A stretch of DNA of 64,000 nucleotides from positions 1,184,001 through 1,248,000 of the forward strand of contig CAXXKT010000001.1 in assembly GCA_963662405.2 (NCBI GenBank). Reading direction: 5' to 3'. The notes under the pieces were generated by a model. That model was not told the origin of the DNA and searched no databases. It saw only the letters and a program-made list of their open reading frames with translations. A program made the translations under genes and the position numbers. The DNA is from Syntrophales bacterium. GTDB lineage: Bacteria; Desulfobacterota; Syntrophia; Syntrophales; UBA2210. Below, in pieces: positions 58,324-64,000 of the stretch; position 1 is the first letter of the stretch, and each line of letters starts with the position of its first letter.

Positions 58324-60117
58324 TTACCCGTAAAGCATATATACAAGAATCACCGCTATGACAAGATAGATGATCGTTAGTACGCCCCCGACACGGATGA
58401 AATCACGGGTCCTGTAACCGCCGGGGGAGATGAGCAGGGCGTTGACCTGGTGTGTGGGGAGGAGGAAGGCGTTGGATGCGCAAACAGCCACCAGGAGCGC
58501 CAGACCACGGGGGTTGATGCCGACCAGATCGGCCATCACCATCGCCAGGGGGACCAGAAGAATCGTGGTGGCCACGTTCGATATGACGAGAGAAAAAAAA
58601 GTGGCGAGGAGTCCAACAACGAACAGTATCATAAGGGGGTGTCCCTCCAGGACCTGCATGATCTGGATGGCTGCGTATCGGGCCGCTCCGGTACGGTCCA
58701 CGGCGATACCGAGGGGGATGAGCCCCGCCAGGAGAAAGACCGTTCGCCAGTCCACGGCGCGATAGGCCTCGTCGATCGGGATGATCCGCAGAATGATCAT
58801 GGCCGCGGCCCCCGTCAGGAGACCGAGGGCGATCGGGAATCCCGAAAGGGTGAGCAGAATTGCCCCGGCCAGACAGGCGAGGGCAATGATCGGTCGAGGC
58901 CGCGGTGCCGTCTCCGTTGCCTCGACGGGGGTAATGAGGACGAAGTTGCTGTTGTCGGCCATTGATCGTATTTGCTGCCACCGCCCGTGGACGATCAGGG
59001 CGGTTCCCGCCTTGAGGGGCTCGTCCGAAAAATTTTCCCGTTCCTCGCGTTCACCGCTGAGGAGCATAATCGGCTCCACGCCATAGGTCTTGCGGAGGGT
59101 TATCTCACGGAGTGTCTTCCCGATGAGAGGCGCCCTGACGGGGATGACCAGTTCGGCAAAACCGGCGTGTCCGGCCGTCTCCAGATCCTCGAAGGGTTTC
59201 GCATCTTCCCGGTACATCAGGTCATAATCGGTGACGAACCGGGTCAGGTCGTTTCGATTGCCCAGGAGGGCCAGCCGCTGCCCCGCTGCAAAGGGTGTGT
59301 GCCGCCAAGGGGCATAGAGGACGTCATCCCCTTCGGCCAGGGCGAGGAGGTTCAGCCGATACTTCGCCCGGAGTCGGACATCTCCCCTGGTTCTGCCCAC
59401 GAGGGGACTCTTTGCCGGGACGATGCAGTGATAAATGGTTGTGGGAAGGTGCCATCGCTCGATCAGTCTGAGCTGCATGCTGACCGGTTTTTGTATTCGC
59501 TCCCTCGTGCCGGGGAGGAGGCGGTGGCCGGAGAAAAGAAAATAGATCACCCCGGCGGCCAGGAGGGAGATCCCCACGGGGGTGACACTGAAAAGACCGA
59601 AGGGGTGGTATCCCCCCTGCCGCAACAGATCGTTCAGGATGAGGAGAGGGGTTGATCCGACCATGCTCAGATTACCCCCCAGGATGACCGCAAACCCCAT
59701 GGGCATCAGGAGACGTGATGCGGGTATCCCCGTGCTCTTGGATATCCGGAGCATGGCCGGCAAAAAGAGGGCGGCGGCACCGATGTTCTGCATGAAGGCG
59801 GAGATGAGACCTACCGTGATGGTAACGAGACCGATCAGCCGTTTCTCGTCGCCCCGGGCGGCAGCGGCGATAGGCTGGACGAGACGGGTGATGGCACCGG
59901 AACGGTCCACACCGTAGCCCAGGATCATGACGGCGATCACCGCAACGACGGCGTTGCTGGCAAGCCCCGAAAAGGCCTCCTCCGGTTCTACCAGTCCCAG
60001 CCAGGGGAGGCTGACCATCACCAGGATCGCCACGATATCAACTCGCAGGACATCGGTGATGAAGAGAATCACCGTCACGCCGAAGATCAGAAAAACAAGG
60101 GCCATCTGAAACGTCAT
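58324..60117 (-). CDS. SLC13-family permease with TrkA-C domains
   Basis: LRVDIVA, SAFMQN, central RCK-C repeats, AYRAVDW and PGGY motifs. Confidence 0.9.
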   Translation of the reverse strand: MTFQMALVFLIFGVTVILFITDVLRVDIVAILVMVSLPWLGLVEPEEAFSGLASNAVVAVIAVMILGYGVDRSGAITRLVQPIAAAARGDEKRLIGLVTITVGLISAFMQNIGAAALFLPAMLRISKSTGIPASRLLMPMGFAVILGGNLSMVGSTPLLILNDLLRQGGYHPFGLFSVTPVGISLLAAGVIYFLFSGHRLLPGTRERIQKPVSMQLRLIERWHLPTTIYHCIVPAKSPLVGRTRGDVRLRAKYRLNLLALAEGDDVLYAPWRHTPFAAGQRLALLGNRNDLTRFVTDYDLMYREDAKPFEDLETAGHAGFAELVIPVRAPLIGKTLREITLRKTYGVEPIMLLSGEREERENFSDEPLKAGTALIVHGRWQQIRSMADNSNFVLITPVEATETAPRPRPIIALACLAGAILLTLSGFPIALGLLTGAAAMIILRIIPIDEAYRAVDWRTVFLLAGLIPLGIAVDRTGAARYAAIQIMQVLEGHPLMILFVVGLLATFFSLVISNVATTILLVPLAMVMADLVGINPRGLALLVAVCASNAFLLPTHQVNALLISPGGYRTRDFIRVGGVLTIIYLVIAVILVYMLYG

Positions 60118-60157
60118 GGCTTGCCTCCTTATAAGAGCGGCGGTGCGGCCGTTTTCC

Positions 60158-61936
60158 TTAAAAGGGCCACAGAACCGGCGCCAGAAGGACCGTGGTAACC
60201 CAGAAGATGATATTCAGGGGCAGACCGATACGGGCGAAATCGGAAAAGCGATACCCCCCCGGCGCATACACCATCGTATTCGTCTGATAGCCGATCGGGG
60301 TCGCGAAGCTCGTTGACGCGGCAAAGGTAATCGCCATTAAAAACGGGCGAACGGATATCCCCATCAACTCAGCGACCGAGAAGGCGATCGGCACCAAGAG
60401 AATGGCCGCGGCGTTGTTCGACATCATCGCGGTCAGAACGGCGGTGATGAAATAGAGGCAGGTCAGGACGACGAACGGGCCCATCGCGATCAATGGGTTC
60501 ATAATCGTGTTCGCGAGCCATGCGGCGGTTCCCGTCTGCTCGAGGGCGAGTCCCAGGGGGATAATTCCCCCCAACAGGAAAATCACCTTCCAGTCGATTG
60601 CCTTGTAAGCCTCTTCAATGGTGATGCAGCGGCCGAGGACCATGGCGACGGCGCCGGTCAGGGCGGCCACGAGGAGGGGAAGGACATTGAAGGCGACAAG
60701 GAGGATCATGGAGATAAAGATTGCCAGTGCCGTGAAGGCGCGATCCTTGCGAAGGTGAAGCTGTGTCAGCTCGTTGGTGACGATGAGATCACTGGTCTGG
60801 AGAATGCGGCGCACCGAATCCCTGTCGCACTGCAGGAGGAGGGTGTCTCCGTCGTCGAAATTGATATCGGCGAGTCGCTCCCGGAGGATCTTCCCCCGTC
60901 TTTGGATGGCGAGGACCACGCAGCCGTAGCGCTCTATGTACTCGGCACCGCGCAGGGTCCGCCCGATCAGCCGTGACCGCGGCGGTACCAGCGCCTCGAT
61001 CAACTCGATCTTGTCCGATTCCAGCTCGGTATCTTTGATGACCGCATCCGCTTTTGTCTCGAGACGGTAGTTGCCTTTCATCTTGATCAGCGCTTCCGCG
61101 TTGCCGTGGAGGAGGAGAAAATCATCCTCCCTGATCTTGGTGGCCGATGCCCGCCAGGTCGCCTTGCCGTCCCGGATGATCTTTATGAGATCGATTTCGT
61201 TCAGGTCCTTCTTCTCGATCTCGCGCCACCGCTTACCCGCCAACGAGGATTCGGCGGTTACCCGCATCTCGGAAAAGTAGTCTGCGAGGCGGTACTTGTC
61301 GACCTGTTCTTCCTCACCCTCCCGTTTCGGGATCAGGATCCGTGATGCAAAGGTCAGATAGAGAATGCCGATGACGGCCAGGATAATTCCCATAGGCGCG
61401 AATTCAAAGAGAGAAAAGGGCTTCAGGCCCCCGGCGACGGCCATCGAATTGACCAGGACGTTGGTGGAGGTCCCGATCAGTGTGCAGACGCCCCCGAACT
61501 GGCTCGCGAAGGACAGGGGGATCAGGACGCGTGACGGGGCGACGTTGCGTGTTTTCGCGAGGATGACCGCCACGGGGATCAGGATTGCGACGGTCGCCGT
61601 GTTGACCATGAAGGCCGAAAGGGTGGCCGCAAGGAGGCAGAGGACGCAGATCAGTCGCCGTTGCCCCTTTCCGGCAAACCGGTCGAGGTGGCGGGCCAGC
61701 CACTCGACGAGACCGGTCCGGACCAGTCCCGCACTCAAGACGAACATAGCGGCGACGATGGCCGTGGCGGTGTTCGCGAACCCGTACAGGGCCTGGTCGG
61801 GCCTGATGAGATGCAGGAGGAGGATCGCTACCAGGACGGACAGCGCGGTCACATCAACCCGGAGCGTTTCGGTGATGAAGAGAACGGTGGCGGCAACGAC
61901 GATGACCAGGAGCAATACGGTGTCTATGGGAATCAT
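60158..61936 (-). CDS. SLC13-family permease with TrkA-C domains (paralog)
   Basis: SAFMVNT, GGVCTLIGTSTN, AYKAIDW, TPIGYQTN and PGGYRF.DF motifs. Confidence 0.92.
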   Translation of the reverse strand: MIPIDTVLLLVIVVAATVLFITETLRVDVTALSVLVAILLLHLIRPDQALYGFANTATAIVAAMFVLSAGLVRTGLVEWLARHLDRFAGKGQRRLICVLCLLAATLSAFMVNTATVAILIPVAVILAKTRNVAPSRVLIPLSFASQFGGVCTLIGTSTNVLVNSMAVAGGLKPFSLFEFAPMGIILAVIGILYLTFASRILIPKREGEEEQVDKYRLADYFSEMRVTAESSLAGKRWREIEKKDLNEIDLIKIIRDGKATWRASATKIREDDFLLLHGNAEALIKMKGNYRLETKADAVIKDTELESDKIELIEALVPPRSRLIGRTLRGAEYIERYGCVVLAIQRRGKILRERLADINFDDGDTLLLQCDRDSVRRILQTSDLIVTNELTQLHLRKDRAFTALAIFISMILLVAFNVLPLLVAALTGAVAMVLGRCITIEEAYKAIDWKVIFLLGGIIPLGLALEQTGTAAWLANTIMNPLIAMGPFVVLTCLYFITAVLTAMMSNNAAAILLVPIAFSVAELMGISVRPFLMAITFAASTSFATPIGYQTNTMVYAPGGYRFSDFARIGLPLNIIFWVTTVLLAPVLWPF

Positions 61937-62065
61937 ATAATACGTCCTCTATCAGGAGTCAAAATACGATTACTGCATGATTTTCATTATAATGTCCTGA
62001 CGGGTGGCGGTCAACGGGAAATGCGGGGGGCGGAGGATGCGACAGAAAGGAGCGGGGTGTGGATA

Positions 62066-63541
62066 TCAAGGATCGGTCTTCCGACGATATTGGCCATAGC
62101 GGACCAGGCGAGCCAGGACCTGGGCGGGGCGGCGCGATGACGGGTAGATCAGGACATTTTTCCGGCGCAGCTCCAGGACCGCCTCGTTGTTGTCTCGATC
62201 GGCCCCGGCGATATATTCCGAAGCGAGGAGGACCGGTTTTTCGTAGGTGGTGATCGTGTCCAGGATGAAGTTCGCCCCCCGGATGTCGGAGTGGAGGGTC
62301 GCATCGATGTAGGAGATATATGCCGGGGTGTCCCTGTCGGGGGCCGATGCGAGGGCCGCGACATTCGCCTGCCCGTATCCGAATCCGAGGGCGATGACGG
62401 CATCGATTCGATCGCACCGGGCTACGATCTCGATGGCCTTGAAGAAGGCCCCCCTGCTCATCCCGGCCACCATGTCCACGGGGTTCTGCCGGTTCCACCA
62501 GGCCGGGAGCCTTTTATCGAGGAGGCGCAGCGTCTCTTCGGGGAGGGGGGCAATCTCCAGCCCTGCCTCGGTGGAGGCGTCGGCGGTGAGGACCGCCCAT
62601 CCGCCGCCGTTTGCCACGATTCCCACGCGGTTCCCGTGGGGGATCGGCTGGGAGAGAAACGCAACCGCCGTATCGATCAGGTCCTCCACATCGGAGACGC
62701 GGGTAATCCCGCACTGTCGGCAGACGGCGTCGAAGACCGTGTCAGAGCCGGCGATGGACCCGGTGTGGGACCGCGCCGCACTGATTCCCTGGTCTGATCT
62801 CCCTCCCTTAATGACAATGAAAGGTTTCTTCCGGGTCAGTCGCTTCGCGACCCTCATGAAGGACTCTCCGTCGTCGATCCCCTCGATGTAGGCGACGACG
62901 ACACGGCTGAGGTCGTCGTCGATCAGGTATTCCAGTATATCCTCGGTCTTCACGAGGGCCTGATTCCCCAGGCTGATGCACCGGCTGACGCCGATATCCT
63001 GCTTCCAGAGCATAAACTGGATCGATCCGGCGATGTTACCGCTCTGCGATACGACGGCGATATGACCGGCGGGAGGGAAGTTGGGCTGCATCATGCAGTA
63101 CAGACTCGCCGGCTCGGTGCTGATGATCCCGGCGCAATTGGGCCCCACCATGGCGACATGGGCCTCCCGGGCGGCCCTCACGATCTCCTCTTCGAGCGCT
63201 TCCCCCCCCTTGCCGAGTTCGGCGAATCCGGCGGTGATGACCACGCAGGCGGAGATGCCGAGGGCTTCGCACTCGGTGATGGCGGCTGCCACCTTCCCGG
63301 GAGGGAGGAGGATGAAGGCAAGATCGACGGGGCCGGGGATCTCCTGCAGGGTCCGGTATGCTCGAAGCCCCAGCATCTCCCCGCCGGCCGGGTTGACCGG
63401 GTATATGACGCCGCGGTACCCCCCCCGGAGGAGGTGGAGGGTGAAGGTGAAGCCCCACTTGCCGATGGTCCGCGACGCCCCGACGATCGCGACCGATCGG
63501 GGATTAAACATCGGTTCCATCTTCCCCTGTATATCCTCCAC
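62066..63541 (-). CDS. Acyl-CoA synthetase (NDP-forming) alpha subunit
   Basis: FNPRSVAIVGAS, GPNCAG, SQSG, ARSHTGS (phospho-His) and NPVD; no ATP-grasp domain. Confidence 0.9.
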   Translation of the reverse strand: MEDIQGKMEPMFNPRSVAIVGASRTIGKWGFTFTLHLLRGGYRGVIYPVNPAGGEMLGLRAYRTLQEIPGPVDLAFILLPPGKVAAAITECEALGISACVVITAGFAELGKGGEALEEEIVRAAREAHVAMVGPNCAGIISTEPASLYCMMQPNFPPAGHIAVVSQSGNIAGSIQFMLWKQDIGVSRCISLGNQALVKTEDILEYLIDDDLSRVVVAYIEGIDDGESFMRVAKRLTRKKPFIVIKGGRSDQGISAARSHTGSIAGSDTVFDAVCRQCGITRVSDVEDLIDTAVAFLSQPIPHGNRVGIVANGGGWAVLTADASTEAGLEIAPLPEETLRLLDKRLPAWWNRQNPVDMVAGMSRGAFFKAIEIVARCDRIDAVIALGFGYGQANVAALASAPDRDTPAYISYIDATLHSDIRGANFILDTITTYEKPVLLASEYIAGADRDNNEAVLELRRKNVLIYPSSRRPAQVLARLVRYGQYRRKTDP

Positions 63542-63620
63542 GGCTCACTCTCCGGTCCTGTGGAGATCTATACCACAGATGAATTAAAGGGTACAACGGT
63601 TCCGCCGTCTGTCGATACCC

Positions 63621-63998
63621 CTATTTCCCGGACTGGATGGGATCCCAGTCGTACCCCCAGACGGCGCTGTTGGACGGCACCTTGTAGTTTCTCCTTTCCT
63701 GGTAGGAGGGATACCGCCGGGATCCACCCTCTTTCGGCAGCATGGGGACGGGGAAATGGGGGGCGATAAGCCCATGGGCGTGGGCCTCTCGTTCGAGCCA
63801 TTCCCGGTCATCGGGGTGGGCAATGGAGATCAGTGCCGCGGTCCGTTCATAACCGTTGAGGCCACGGAGGTTGACGATCCCGTATTCGGTGCAGACATAG
63901 TGGGCGAACTGGGCCGGGAGATCGACGGACGATCCCTCGGGGAGGAAGGGGACAATGCGCGATTGTCCCTCCTTGTTTCGTGCCGTCATACAGGCGAC
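63621..63998 (-). CDS. Acetyl-CoA hydrolase/CoA-transferase family, C-terminal part (runs off the window)
   Basis: SRIVP, YVCTEYGIVNLRG and ALISIAHPD.R motifs. Confidence 0.88.
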   Translation of the reverse strand, partial: VACMTARNKEGQSRIVPFLPEGSSVDLPAQFAHYVCTEYGIVNLRGLNGYERTAALISIAHPDDREWLEREAHAHGLIAPHFPVPMLPKEGGSRRYPSYQERRNYKVPSNSAVWGYDWDPIQSGK

Positions 63999-64000
63999 CC

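Overview
64-kb chromosomal window from an anaerobic bacterium; the gene content suggests Desulfobacterota/Deltaproteobacteria (inference). Core block: tadA, two tRNA-Ser, SRP RNA, dnaX-ybaB-recR, split class I fumarase, a porCDAB-type operon with an SfrB-like flavoprotein, and tRNA-Asn. The left arm holds gdhA and gltA, then a Liv-type ABC operon and 4-hydroxybutyryl-CoA dehydratase. These last two sit between two copies of a duplicated block, and in the second copy only a promoter and a 53-codon membrane ORF (absent from the ORF track) survived. The most striking locus (29.1-39.9 kb) looks like a self-contained periplasmic respiratory module. It has three Tat-exported, heme-less flavocytochrome-c-type reductases that lack the fumarate-binding His, one 15-heme protein fusing an Fcc-type cytochrome to a CbcL-like quinol dehydrogenase, and an adjacent ResB/CcsB heme-attachment system. 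Other unusual architectures are an SPS/MfpsA-like glycosyltransferase fused to a P-loop kinase and a PorD subunit split by a GltD-like domain. The right arm has an OpuC-type ABC transporter, a plsC-like pseudogene, a sigma28-preceded REC-REC-HD-GYP gene, acyl-CoA metabolism genes and tandem SLC13 permeases. No CRISPR array, integrase or intact IS was seen. All family calls come from motif recognition by eye; no searches were run.
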